A DNA stretch of 64,000 nt, from the NCBI GenBank assembly GCA_021414205.1, contig JAIOOW010000002.1, positions 340,171 to 404,170 on the forward strand, read 5' to 3'. Of the stretch, positions 48,646-58,800 are shown one piece after another. The position numbers were made by a program, and so were the translations under genes. The DNA comes from Candidatus Anderseniibacteriota bacterium (GTDB lineage: Bacteria; Patescibacteriota; Andersenbacteria; UBA10190). The notes below the pieces were generated by a model that saw nothing but the letters and a program-made list of their open reading frames with translations, made no database searches and had not been told where the DNA came from. Position 1 is the stretch's first letter. Every line of letters starts with the position of its first letter.

Positions 48646-49668
48646 TTAGCTCTTCATTTGTTTTCGAATCGTATACGCTAACCCAAGACCGCCCACGGCA
48701 ACCAACCCAACAACTGCTGCAACACCTTCCGGACCAGTCTTAGCCGTAACATGAACAGGAGCGATAGTTGGTACTGGCGTTGGAGCAATCGTAGGTACTA
48801 CGGCAACTTTCTTTGTAACAGTCTTTTTAACTGTCTGAGTGTTCGTCTGTGTAACATTTACATCCCCAGTAGAACTTGAGCTGGAGTTAGAGCTGGAGTT
48901 ATTCGAGCTGTTATTAACACTTACGTTAATAACATTGTTTATATTATTACAATTAATATTATTGTTTGTTGTCGTGATTGTAATTTCTTTATCACCATCG
49001 ATACACGTTATTTCTGTAGGCGTCGGCGTTGGAGTAGGTGTCGGAGTCACAGTTGGAGTAGCACTCACTGTCGGGGTTGCCGTTGGAGTGCCTGTGGGAG
49101 TAGGCGTCGGCGTTGGAGTAGGTGTCGGCGTAGCGCATCCTGCCATATTCAACCACGTAAAGTCGTAGATAATTGCCTGGCGCCAAGACCCTTGAGTACT
49201 TGCGAGCGTCCAAAGAGTCGTAGATCCGCAAGCTTTAAGAGAATTGAGTGTAAATGTTCCCGTCAAGTTAAGCTCCAGAGGTTTTCGTTCGTCACATTGA
49301 TGACAACGCTTACCCTCTGATATAGCTTGCTGCCCCAGCTGTTTCCATGTACCAGAATTTGAAGTAACCTTACCGCCACCGTCTCGTTCGGAAACTCTTA
49401 ACAGCGCATTAGTAGGCTCGTTTCCGCAACTAATCCACGTAAATCGTGCCGCATATTTTACTACATTCGTAGTCAGCGTTGCATCATGTTGCGGAGAAGA
49501 CACAAACAACGTCGGACGCGCCTGTTGATTAGGATCCGTCGTGCTGTCATTAATTAATATAATTTGCTGTACTCCGTTTGCTTGTGCCGCATGCGTACCG
49601 TTCAACACGAAGGCAAACAATCCGACCAAAAGCAATAACGCGGACAGATATGTGAATGATTTATTCAT
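48646..49668 (-). CDS. Surface protein, module B paralog
   Basis: ANGVQQI, SPQHD, WISCGNEP, YDFTW, PT stalk, VTAKTGPEG-TM-RK. Confidence 0.75.
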   Translation of the reverse strand: MNKSFTYLSALLLLVGLFAFVLNGTHAAQANGVQQIILINDSTTDPNQQARPTLFVSSPQHDATLTTNVVKYAARFTWISCGNEPTNALLRVSERDGGGKVTSNSGTWKQLGQQAISEGKRCHQCDERKPLELNLTGTFTLNSLKACGSTTLWTLASTQGSWRQAIIYDFTWLNMAGCATPTPTPTPTPTPTGTPTATPTVSATPTVTPTPTPTPTPTEITCIDGDKEITITTTNNNINCNNINNVINVSVNNSSNNSSSNSSSSSTGDVNVTQTNTQTVKKTVTKKVAVVPTIAPTPVPTIAPVHVTAKTGPEGVAAVVGLVAVGGLGLAYTIRKQMKS

Positions 49669-49725
49669 AATTCATAATGAAAATAAACTATCTAATAATC
49701 TACAGATTATTATACCACAACTTCT

Positions 49726-49851
49726 TCATTTTCGATCATCAAACAAGAGCCAAACCAATAAAAGAATGACAGCAATCACTACAATTCCAGATACAATAGT
49801 CGGGATGCTTGCGGGATCCTCCAAATGCTCAGCAACTATTTCCCACACCAT
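49726..49851 (-). CDS. Small single-TM protein (41 aa, absent from ORF track)
   Basis: Manual translation MVWEIVAEHLEDPASIPTIVSGIVVIAVILLLVWLLFDDRK; ATG 2 nt after the upstream stop. Confidence 0.5.
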   Translation of the reverse strand: MVWEIVAEHLEDPASIPTIVSGIVVIAVILLLVWLLFDDRK

Positions 49852-49853
49852 CC

Positions 49854-52427
49854 CTATCTTGTTTCCTGAAAGTTACCTGAGCCGAACGTTGGAGTCGCGC
49901 TTGGTGAAGCAGACGTCGTTGGATTTGGCGTTGGCGTAGGAGATCCCTTTGCAACAACAGTCACAGAAACTGTTCCGTTATTTGACTGCGCACCGGCTGC
50001 ATCCGTAATCCTGAGTAACTTATATGTATACGTACCAGGAGCATCATTGAAGGTGAGTGTCCCCAAGCTAATCTGACACGCAGCTGGGCCAGACGGATCA
50101 GCGATTGTTGTTTCGAACGTTGGAGCGCCTTGATTGAGATCTGAATTCCATTCGCACTTTCCGCCTTGAGATATTCCCTTGCTAGGTGTTGTCCATCCAT
50201 CGGGGTCCGAGCTTCCGTTTGCAGAAAGCTTAATAGAGACTGGAGTACCCTGCTCTACCGTAATACTGGACCCGAACGCGCCGTTTCCTGCACTAATACT
50301 TGCAACGCTCACCGGAGGATTATTTCCGCTTACAGGAGTTGTTGTTGGCGTTGGAGAAACGGTCGGAGTCGGAGTTGTTGTAGAAGTTGGGGTCGGCGTA
50401 GGTGTTGGATTTGTTGTAGAAGTTGGGGTCGGCGTAGGTGTTGGATTTGGAGTAGGCGTTGCAGGAATCTTAAAGTTAACCCAAGTGTACATTGCTTGGA
50501 TTAGTTGGAAATGTTCCCTCTCCCCGACCGAATCATACCCAACACGGAATATCCATAGTAGCGTAGCCGAGTCGTACGCATTCGAAACAGAAACATTGCC
50601 CGTAAAACTTACAGCAAGGGTACAATTCTGAGATCCGCTGCAACGCGTAAATGGATAGGCGTTGTAAACCAAGCGATCAAATGCACCGTTTGTCTTGTTA
50701 GCAGCATAATTTTGATAGGTGTCCCAATTCAATCCGCTTGGAGAATTTAACACAAGGTATGATCTAGTGCCGGACTGGTTTCCAACAGTTTCTGCTCTAA
50801 TAGCAATAGATCCGCCCAATGCAGCTTTTCCGCCGCTGCGAAGATTATATACATACACCTCAGGCGACGTTACCTTATTGTTACAAGTTCCATAATAGAG
50901 AACAAAGCTAACGGGAATTTTTCCAGGATCCGCAGGTTCTGTCACTACATTATTATTATGGAGCGGCTTATTTATTGTTGCGTAAATCGTGTACTTATCC
51001 CCAGGCTGAGTAACTCCAGCAATAACAATCCCATTCGCTGCGCGAGTATCTTTGGTGAAGCTACCCGCTACCAAAAGCGATGCCCCAGTCCCTATAATGA
51101 GAAGTAGCAATGGAATAATCGTCTTCTTTGCCTGTAATTTTTTATATCTCATCCAACCAAGGAGTCCAAGCAATGCGCAGATTACTGCGCCACCCACAAT
51201 ATAGATTGTTGCGCCAATATGCTTTGCGACGGGCTGAACAGAAGGCGTAGCGTATGGGGTAACAACTGCTTGTTCCGCAACATATGGAACATGAACTTCG
51301 TATTGATCAAGTTGCCCATTTGTATCACTATTTATTAACTCGATACGAAGCCCGGGATTCTTCAATGGTGTATTAAATGAAAATGTTGCATTACCGGCCT
51401 GTAATCCATTCTTACCCAAATCAGGAATAGTGGTGGTTTCTTCTTGCAGTACAGTATCGCCATCCAACAAAGAAACTTTAACGCCGGTATTCACCGAGGT
51501 TACCCCGTCTGCAGGGCCGGCAAGCTGGAACTGAATATTTGCGCCAGTACCCGTAAGGCTCAAGAAACTTCCCGTAACGACTCGTGCCGTGACACCAGTC
51601 ACAACCCAGCGATATTGATTCATGGAAGAAATAATATTCCCGGCAGCATCCTGAAGCACTAAGGTAGCTTGATACGCTCCTGATTCCGCAGAAACGGTAA
51701 TTGGAAACGTTCCCGCAAATGTTTTATTTGAAGCAATTGTCACAGGAGGCAACTTTTCCGTTGAGACAACCTTTCCTGTTAGATCAAATGCATACGTGGT
51801 CAACACAGGAATCGCCGTCATTGCCTTGCTAGTTGAGACCTTTGCACCATACGACGCCGTCACCGTTGAGCTCGGATCAACATTCACGCCATCAAGCGGA
51901 CCGCTTGTAACACCCTTAACCGTAATAGGTCCCGGAGCAAGGAACGCAAACTGCGCATCCTTTGAACCTAAGGTGATCGCAGCGTCATCCCACCCGTATT
52001 CATTCCCATTATTTGTAATAATCTGCAATCGAATACGATATTGTCCTTCAGATAATTTTGGAGGGGTATACGTAAACGGAATTGTCATCTTCTGATTTGG
52101 CGAAAACTCATACTCTCCAGGAAATACCACTCTATCTAAAACTCGAGCAGTATCAGGAACGATAGTATTAGGAGTTGTTACTTCGGGAGCAGGATCAAGC
52201 AATAGTGCCTGCAATCGAATTCCGCCGAACGCAGCATCGTTATCGTTCTGCACATCAACACTCCCCTGGACCGCTCCCGTAGTAGAATCTTGGGCAATTA
52301 ATTTCACCCCAACATTAAACGATGGATTAACCCACGCCTTTGAATTCAAATCAGCGTTTTGAGCCAACGCGAACCCAGGCGACAATAATACTAAAAACGA
52401 CGTAATACCTGCGAGAATTTTTTTCAT
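49854..52427 (-). CDS. Fused surface protein: module A, TM hairpin, module B-like head, PT stalk, PKD-like domain
   Basis: Internal homologies to 46745 and 45511/48646; NNPPV...SSDPDG PKD-like motif. Confidence 0.75.
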   Translation of the reverse strand: MKKILAGITSFLVLLSPGFALAQNADLNSKAWVNPSFNVGVKLIAQDSTTGAVQGSVDVQNDNDAAFGGIRLQALLLDPAPEVTTPNTIVPDTARVLDRVVFPGEYEFSPNQKMTIPFTYTPPKLSEGQYRIRLQIITNNGNEYGWDDAAITLGSKDAQFAFLAPGPITVKGVTSGPLDGVNVDPSSTVTASYGAKVSTSKAMTAIPVLTTYAFDLTGKVVSTEKLPPVTIASNKTFAGTFPITVSAESGAYQATLVLQDAAGNIISSMNQYRWVVTGVTARVVTGSFLSLTGTGANIQFQLAGPADGVTSVNTGVKVSLLDGDTVLQEETTTIPDLGKNGLQAGNATFSFNTPLKNPGLRIELINSDTNGQLDQYEVHVPYVAEQAVVTPYATPSVQPVAKHIGATIYIVGGAVICALLGLLGWMRYKKLQAKKTIIPLLLLIIGTGASLLVAGSFTKDTRAANGIVIAGVTQPGDKYTIYATINKPLHNNNVVTEPADPGKIPVSFVLYYGTCNNKVTSPEVYVYNLRSGGKAALGGSIAIRAETVGNQSGTRSYLVLNSPSGLNWDTYQNYAANKTNGAFDRLVYNAYPFTRCSGSQNCTLAVSFTGNVSVSNAYDSATLLWIFRVGYDSVGEREHFQLIQAMYTWVNFKIPATPTPNPTPTPTPTSTTNPTPTPTPTSTTTPTPTVSPTPTTTPVSGNNPPVSVASISAGNGAFGSSITVEQGTPVSIKLSANGSSDPDGWTTPSKGISQGGKCEWNSDLNQGAPTFETTIADPSGPAACQISLGTLTFNDAPGTYTYKLLRITDAAGAQSNNGTVSVTVVAKGSPTPTPNPTTSASPSATPTFGSGNFQETR

Positions 52428-52470
52428 GCATTCAGTATAACACCAAACGCTTCCGTGTTATGCACACGAC

Positions 52471-53922
52471 CTACGGCTCCATTTCCAATACTTCGTCGAT
52501 TCGTATTTGCGCAAAGAATTCCGGAACGTGGCTTACGAATATCATCGTGCCTTTATATTCATCCAAGGCTTGCGCGATAATCGGAATATGACGGAAATTA
52601 ATATGGTTCGTCGGTTCATCCAAAATGAGCAGCCCAGGCTTCTGCAGAGCAATCTGCGCAAATGCAACCAACCCCTTTTGCCCTTCAGATAAGTTCCCAA
52701 CCTTAATATTCATCATATCGTGCGTGATCAAAAACCCCGCAGCAACAGATCGCATAGCCTGGTCAGTCTGCACTTTCATAACCGAAAACAATGCTTCACG
52801 AACTGTGTGCTCAAAATTAAGCGTTGAAAAATCCTGCCGGTAATAGCAGATATCAATACCTTCTGTGATCTGCACACCCTCTGCTTCGTTATTCGCAATC
52901 GCTTCTAAGAATGTACTTTTCCCAATACCGTTTGGCCCAGCCAAGAGCATGTGCTGATTTTTCTTTAGCACAATCCCGGACTCTTTTGTAACCACCTCAT
53001 GGTCAATCATCATGCTATAGGAAGAAATACGAACAATATCTCCACCCATATCTTCTTGCGCTTCAATCGTAAACGGCCGAATTGTTTTATCGTCTTTTCG
53101 GATATCTACTTTACTTTCTTCCATTTCGGCAGCCTCCTCGCGCAATTTTTTCGCCAAGAAACGCATCTTGCCTCCCTTATGGGAAAAGAAGTTTGATTTA
53201 TCTTTATTGTCTTGAATCTTTTTCGCCAGTCGCGCATTTTCGCTTTCCTGCTTTGCCACCCGCGCAGAAATTTGCTCAACTACGTCCAAGTAATTTCCAA
53301 CGAACTGATCTATCTTGCGATTAAACACGTCCAAGTAAATAACGGCATCCGTAAATGCATTCAAAAATTCCGCATCATGAGAAATGACAATGCATGTCTT
53401 TTGGTAATTTTTGAGAAACTCCGTTAAGTGCGCAATTCCGGCAACATCTAAATTATTCGTTGGTTCATCTAGAAGTAATAAGTCCGGATCCTGAATCAAT
53501 GCGGACGCAAGAAGCAATCTCGCCTGTTGCCCACCAGATAAATCTTTTACATGTTTTTCTTTTGATACGCTAAAATTCACCACTTTCAATACTTCATCGA
53601 TTCGACGATCAATATCGTATATAACTTTATCAAATCGCTTTTCAAAAAACTCCCTCACCGTCAGCTCTAACTCATCCCGAGGAATCACTTGGCGAGCCGT
53701 TGCAATAGTGAGCCCAGGCGCACGATTTACTCTTCCAGATTCCGGTTTTAATTCGTCCATAATAAGACCGAATATGGTACTTTTTCCTGCACCGTTCTGG
53801 CCCATCAGCGTTACTTTCATCCCTTCGCGCACGGAAAAATTCACCTCATCTAATATAGGCTTATGGCTTCCAAACTCGAATGAAACATCCGAAAAATTAA
53901 TAATATGTTCTGCACGTGGCAT
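52471..53922 (-). CDS. ABC-F family ATPase
   Basis: Two NBDs (GQNGAGKS, LSGGQ, DEPTNNLD; GPNGIGKS, DEPTNH), no TM. Confidence 0.92.
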   Translation of the reverse strand: MPRAEHIINFSDVSFEFGSHKPILDEVNFSVREGMKVTLMGQNGAGKSTIFGLIMDELKPESGRVNRAPGLTIATARQVIPRDELELTVREFFEKRFDKVIYDIDRRIDEVLKVVNFSVSKEKHVKDLSGGQQARLLLASALIQDPDLLLLDEPTNNLDVAGIAHLTEFLKNYQKTCIVISHDAEFLNAFTDAVIYLDVFNRKIDQFVGNYLDVVEQISARVAKQESENARLAKKIQDNKDKSNFFSHKGGKMRFLAKKLREEAAEMEESKVDIRKDDKTIRPFTIEAQEDMGGDIVRISSYSMMIDHEVVTKESGIVLKKNQHMLLAGPNGIGKSTFLEAIANNEAEGVQITEGIDICYYRQDFSTLNFEHTVREALFSVMKVQTDQAMRSVAAGFLITHDMMNIKVGNLSEGQKGLVAFAQIALQKPGLLILDEPTNHINFRHIPIIAQALDEYKGTMIFVSHVPEFFAQIRIDEVLEMEP

Positions 53923-53968
53923 AAGGCGAAAGCCTAGCACAAATACGCTCTTTTCGCCAGTCCGTAGG

Positions 53969-54268
53969 CTACTTTTTCTTATCGAGCCTATCTAATCCGA
54001 TTGCTTTCACCCCATAATACACCACAAGCGCCACAACGATAAAATCGATCACTACGCTTATCATATCGCCATACAAAATTTTGGCAGATCCGATAGAAAA
54101 AGAGGCAGTTGCAAGCCCTTTAGCAGCTCCAAGGGGAATTCCTAATAGCGGGTTAATAATGTCGGTAACGAGAGCAGTAACCACTTTTGAAACGGCGCCA
54201 CCCAAAATAAAACCGACAGCTAACCCAACAACGCCTTGTTCTCTAATAAAATCTATAAAGCCTTTCAT
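53969..54268 (-). CDS. mscL: Large-conductance mechanosensitive channel
   Basis: FI-x-x-x-GVVGLAVGFILGGA-x-x-KVV-x-x-LV-x-DIINP. Confidence 0.88.
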   Translation of the reverse strand: MKGFIDFIREQGVVGLAVGFILGGAVSKVVTALVTDIINPLLGIPLGAAKGLATASFSIGSAKILYGDMISVVIDFIVVALVVYYGVKAIGLDRLDKKK

Positions 54269-54354
54269 ATTATAACTATAATACCCTACTGGACTAAAAT
54301 AACCATTTCGCCAAAAATAGCATCGGCTTTTATTAAAGCCGATGCTAGAATCCA

Positions 54355-54543
54355 TTACCCTAAGAGTCCTGCCAGACGCAGAAGGTAGAGGAATACCCCG
54401 ATTGAGACCAGAAATATAGCCCATCCCAGGCTTAACCCGACCGGAGATCCCCACTCATCCCATTTCCGTCTTGGGAACTTTCGCTCCAGCCAATATTTCT
54501 CATCCGCAGAAAAACTGAGCTTTTCGTCGTTGTTTTTATCCAT
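54355..54543 (-). CDS. Small membrane protein
   Basis: W-x-EWGSPVGLS plus TM helix. Confidence 0.5.
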   Translation of the reverse strand: MDKNNDEKLSFSADEKYWLERKFPRRKWDEWGSPVGLSLGWAIFLVSIGVFLYLLRLAGLLG

Positions 54544-54733
54544 AAGAAGAAGATTTAATAGATAATTAAACCATGTCACCCAATCGACCTTTATTTTTGG
54601 ATAACTTCAGACCCTTGTTTTTGTTGATCGGGACTCCTTTGTGCGTCTCAAGGGGAAGACAGGAGTGCAAATTCCAATATTTGCAGTATATCAATGTTTT
54701 TCTTCGACTGCGAGTTTTCACTCCCTAAAAAAG

Positions 54734-54818
54734 CGGAGAGGGTGAGATTCGAACTCACGGTACCTTTCGGTACGACAGTTTTCAAGACTGTTGCCTTAAA
54801 CCACTCGGCCACCTCTCC
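54734..54818 (-). tRNA. tRNA-Ser(TGA)
   Basis: GGAGAGG acceptor stem, CTTGAAA anticodon loop, long variable arm GTACCGAAAGGTAC, GTTCGAATC; CCA not encoded. Confidence 0.95.
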
Positions 54819-54947
54819 ATACGCTCCAAGCATCATAGTACAGCATGCGAACATTGACAACAGCGCTTATTTCATGCATGAATACATCCAATCGATCACT
54901 GATCGTACACAAGCACACTTTACAACCCATACTGAAGAAAGGTGGTT

Positions 54948-55712
54948 ATGCGAGAATACCGAACGATCGTTAACTGGAAGGATAGAAATGACCCCGTAGT
55001 GGCGCAAATCATTAGCCTTAAGCAAGCAGGGGCTTCGCTTCGGGATATACAAACTGCGATCGGAGGTACGTGCAGTCACGAAACAATTCGTAAATACTTA
55101 TCCCTCCTCGTGAAAAGATTTGGTAAAAAGGTTTTTGCACCACAACAAAAGGAGTGGACGTCAAAGCAAATAGCATCCCGATTGAAATGCTCCAGAGGCG
55201 TTATCAATAGCCTGTGCGCATCAGGAGCAATCACGGGATGTAGAAAAAAATCATTTGCAAACGGAAGCTGGCTCATCAACGAAACGGGTGTTGCGGAACT
55301 CAAAAAACACCCATCAATTTCAAAGCGACTTACCTGCGCAGCTTGCAAGAAGAAGTTCAAACCAAAACCCCACGGCCGAGCGAAAACATGCTCCGAAACC
55401 TGCTCCAAAAAGCATGCCGCACAGCTTCGAAAACTCCTTATTGCAACTGAGCCGGTAGTGGAAAAGCTACAGGGCAAAGCTTTGCGAATTTGGCAGGCAG
55501 TGCAAAAATGCTCCCAAAGAACACGCTGGGTCACCATCGAGCAAGCAGCTGCGACCACAACACTGACCGCTATGCAGGTTCGCTGGTACGTAATGCGCGG
55601 TATCATCGCAAGCAAACACAATACCAAGAAACGATTCCGCACCAAGCGCAAAAACGTACGACTATGCGCATTGAACCAAGTGAAGATAATGGCAAAAATC
55701 CTTTCTTCTTAA
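54948..55712 (+). CDS. Basic multi-HTH/Zn-finger DNA-binding protein
   Basis: ASLRDIQ...SHETIRKYL HTH; TSKQIASRL HTH; CAAC...CSETC; TTGACA upstream. Confidence 0.55.
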   Translation: MREYRTIVNWKDRNDPVVAQIISLKQAGASLRDIQTAIGGTCSHETIRKYLSLLVKRFGKKVFAPQQKEWTSKQIASRLKCSRGVINSLCASGAITGCRKKSFANGSWLINETGVAELKKHPSISKRLTCAACKKKFKPKPHGRAKTCSETCSKKHAAQLRKLLIATEPVVEKLQGKALRIWQAVQKCSQRTRWVTIEQAAATTTLTAMQVRWYVMRGIIASKHNTKKRFRTKRKNVRLCALNQVKIMAKILSS

Positions 55713-55717
55713 TCCCA

Positions 55718-55754
55718 ATCCCGCCGAGGAGCCTCTTGCTCCCGGCGGATTTTT
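55718..55754. terminator. Terminator hairpin between convergent genes
   Basis: AATCCGCCG..GGAGC / GCTCC.CGGCGGATT followed by T-run. Confidence 0.7.
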
Positions 55755-56226
55755 ATTTACTCAATAACGCAATAAGCCCTCGCTCGCCTCCGCGCATTAG
55801 TCGATTGTGAAAGAATCGCATAACTGGGCGAACAGGAGGAAAATTGCCCGCAAGCCGCAATAGCAGTGGAGTAAGCGAAACTTCCCACAAGAACGTTACT
55901 TCCGTATTTCTTCCACGATCCACGAACGTCCATGTGCCCACCCCCTTCAAATCGCCTTCCGATCGAGCAACAATTTTTTTACCAGGATCGCATGCCGTAA
56001 CAGTTGTTGTGTATCGCAATTGATACAACGGCGATGCGACAGTAAATCGAAATGCATTCCCTACATCGACCGGCAATTCGTGCCCATGCAACATTTCCAC
56101 CTGCTTCATGCCCGGCCACCACTGCGGGTAATGAGCAACCATACCCACGTGATCCCAAACAGTTTTCACATCATGAGGAATATTCCAAACTGTCTTGAAC
56201 GAGAACAAATAGGCATTCATCCACAT
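55753..56226 (-). CDS. SRPBCC/polyketide cyclase-like protein
   Basis: VW...YPQWWP, GDL-x-G-x-GTWTF, H-x-x-x-MR-x-GE-x-GL. Confidence 0.8.
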   Translation of the reverse strand: MWMNAYLFSFKTVWNIPHDVKTVWDHVGMVAHYPQWWPGMKQVEMLHGHELPVDVGNAFRFTVASPLYQLRYTTTVTACDPGKKIVARSEGDLKGVGTWTFVDRGRNTEVTFLWEVSLTPLLLRLAGNFPPVRPVMRFFHNRLMRGGERGLIALLSK

Positions 56227-56246
56227 AATCGTATATCATCCAAGAT

Positions 56247-57056
56247 ATGGCACAACAAGCAATATGTATTATTCGCGGATTTAATAAGTCTGAGCAGGAT
56301 TTTCTGGATTGGGAACAACGATTTGCGCCATTACGGGTCGCATTCGAAAAATATGGCATTTTAGTACAAGGTATATATTCAACTCCCGACAGCAACCCGA
56401 ACATTCCTCAAAACCTATCTACTCCAATTACCGTCGTGCAAGCTGAGAGCAACACTGCAGCACACCCAAGTTGGTCAAAAGCATTAAATATTCCCATCCA
56501 GCAATTACTACACATAATCCCAGAAACAGAATATGAACATGTTGCAGTTATCCCCATGTCATTTGAAACCCAATTAGATGAACACTATGCAGAACTGCTG
56601 GCAAAGACCATCTCTGAACACAAACGCTTTGTCGCATGCAGAATAACTCCCGACTGGCTAAACATCGACAATCCATATTCTGTAAAATCCGAGAGCGACA
56701 TCCTGCAGCGTTGGGAGTATGTAAAAACAAATATACAAAACGAAAGCCTATCGAATATCTTGCGAGATGAAAAAAGATTGCAAACACTGTGCATGTTCGG
56801 CAGGAATACACTGGCGCAATATTATCTATCTGATTTTAAAACACATGGCTTGTTCGACGAAACGACAGACGCAATAGGCGGAATGGAAGATTGGGAATAC
56901 CTGCTTCGCACCGCGCCGCAATTTGACTGTGCTATCTATTACACAGATATCCGCATTCAAGAGAATGAAAAGGACATAGAAGCAATCCGAAAACAGCGAG
57001 AAAAACTATCTCGAGAAATCAGCGCACTCAAACAAATTATCGAAAAAAAACTGTAG
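56247..57056 (+). CDS. Hypothetical protein (possibly GT-A-like)
   Basis: 269 aa ORF; LFDE...GGMEDWEY weakly resembles GT2 ED motif. Confidence 0.5.
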   Translation: MAQQAICIIRGFNKSEQDFLDWEQRFAPLRVAFEKYGILVQGIYSTPDSNPNIPQNLSTPITVVQAESNTAAHPSWSKALNIPIQQLLHIIPETEYEHVAVIPMSFETQLDEHYAELLAKTISEHKRFVACRITPDWLNIDNPYSVKSESDILQRWEYVKTNIQNESLSNILRDEKRLQTLCMFGRNTLAQYYLSDFKTHGLFDETTDAIGGMEDWEYLLRTAPQFDCAIYYTDIRIQENEKDIEAIRKQREKLSREISALKQIIEKKL

Positions 57057-58490
57057 TTATATCTCCCGTACGCGAATCGTGCTTTCAAAATCTTTCCCAG
57101 ATTCTTTTTTCAGGCCAGACATGATGACCAACTTCGCCCCGGCAGTAAATCCTTCTTTTTCTTGTAGATACTGCACAGCGTCCACAACCATTTGATCCGG
57201 CTTATTATAGCCGTCAATTAAAATTGGTGTAATTCCCCACGATAGAATCAGCTGATTAAACACTCTCGGACTTTGCGTTGCAGCAAACACAGGAACTTCC
57301 GGGCGCAAACGCGCAATGTGACGAGCAGAATATCCGGAACCGGTTGTTACGAGAATTGCGTCTGCCTTGATGCTGCGCGCAAGCGCAACGGCGGAAGATG
57401 CTACAGCAGATGCGATGGAATCATCAATAAGCATCGAACTATTTGCAGGAATGTCATCTAGCGACGATTCCTCTGTCTGCTCAATGATATCCGACATCAT
57501 ACGCACTGCCTGAATCGGATACTTCCCCATTGCAGATTCCCCAGATAGCATCGCCGCATCTGTATGATCGATAACAGCATTTGCAACATCAGACACTTCG
57601 GCGCGAGTCGGGCGCGGATTAAACTCCATCGATGCCATCATTTCCGTAGCAGTGATCACCGGTTTTCCCGCAGCGATGCATTTTACGATTAATTCTTTTT
57701 GATGAATGGGCAGTTTTGCAACAGGAGTCTCAAGCCCCAGATCTCCGCGCGCGATCATCACACCATCCGCCTCTTCCAAAATTTCATCAAAATTAATAAG
57801 CGCTTCGTGCTTTTCAATCTTTACAATAATGTGCGGGGGCTCCATGTTCTCCGGCAACCATTTTCCTATCTTCTCTTTTAGCTGGCGAACATCTTCCGCA
57901 GAACGGACAAATGAAAGCGCAACGAAATCGATATTCTGCTTGAGCCCGAATGCCAAATCCAAATCATCTTTTTCCGTCATCGATTCCAGCGAAAGCGTAA
58001 CGGTGGGGACGTTAATTCCTTTATGGGAAATCAATTTCCCACCCAATAATACTTTCGCCGTAATCATATTACCTTGTACGTCTACCACTTCTAATTCGCG
58101 AGTTCCGTCGGCCAACAAGATACGGTCAGACTTTCCTAAATCATGAGCAAACCGATCATACGGAACCGGAATAACGCCTTTTTCCGCTTCAAGAACGCCA
58201 GCTTGCAGGCGAACCAACTTGCCTTCAATTAACTCCATCCCATCGTTTGGAAGAACTCCGACTCGCAATTTCGGCCCCTGCAAATCCTGCAAAATCGCAA
58301 CGGGCATACCAACTTCTTGGGAAGCAGTACGAACAGTATCAACCAAATGTAAATTCGCATCGTGATCGCCATGCGAAAAATTAATGCGCGCAACGTTCAT
58401 ACCGGATACTATCATTTCTTTTAACACGGGGACCATGCTCGATGCAGGCCCTATTGTGCATACAATGTTCGTTCGCTTATGCATATACAA
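57057..58490 (-). CDS. pyk: Pyruvate kinase
   Basis: TIGPAS, RINFSHG, DLQGPK, ARGDLG, PTRAEVSDVANA, MLSGE. Confidence 0.97.
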   Translation of the reverse strand: MYMHKRTNIVCTIGPASSMVPVLKEMIVSGMNVARINFSHGDHDANLHLVDTVRTASQEVGMPVAILQDLQGPKLRVGVLPNDGMELIEGKLVRLQAGVLEAEKGVIPVPYDRFAHDLGKSDRILLADGTRELEVVDVQGNMITAKVLLGGKLISHKGINVPTVTLSLESMTEKDDLDLAFGLKQNIDFVALSFVRSAEDVRQLKEKIGKWLPENMEPPHIIVKIEKHEALINFDEILEEADGVMIARGDLGLETPVAKLPIHQKELIVKCIAAGKPVITATEMMASMEFNPRPTRAEVSDVANAVIDHTDAAMLSGESAMGKYPIQAVRMMSDIIEQTEESSLDDIPANSSMLIDDSIASAVASSAVALARSIKADAILVTTGSGYSARHIARLRPEVPVFAATQSPRVFNQLILSWGITPILIDGYNKPDQMVVDAVQYLQEKEGFTAGAKLVIMSGLKKESGKDFESTIRVREI

Positions 58491-58493
58491 CCA

Positions 58494-58781
58494 TTATACA
58501 GGAAATATGCGCCACTTGTTGCCTTGTACCGCTTGGAAAAATGCGACTATAGTCGTTACAAAAAATGCGAGAAACAACAAAGCGCCGACTCTGGGGAAAT
58601 ACTGAGCAATAATAATTGAACAAATAATTCCACCTAAAATTACCAGGCCTTGCTTCACATGAAATTGTACAAACGGCTTTTTGTAATCGCCAGAAATAAT
58701 AGGGATCAGTACTAAAATGCCGACATATGAAAGCGCTGCAATAAGATGTTCGGAAGATAGAAAATTATCGCGCTTCGTCAT
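58494..58781 (-). CDS. DUF4870-like membrane protein
   Basis: AALSY...FVQFHVKQGL...G-x-x-W-x-I-x-P. Confidence 0.7.
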   Translation of the reverse strand: MTKRDNFLSSEHLIAALSYVGILVLIPIISGDYKKPFVQFHVKQGLVILGGIICSIIIAQYFPRVGALLFLAFFVTTIVAFFQAVQGNKWRIFPV

Positions 58782-58800
58782 GCATTCATACTAGCATAAT

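Noticed and set aside
54662-54724. Imperfect inverted repeat downstream of tRNA-Ser
   Set aside because: Consistent with a terminator or processing stem; no integrase or tRNA-end duplication was seen.
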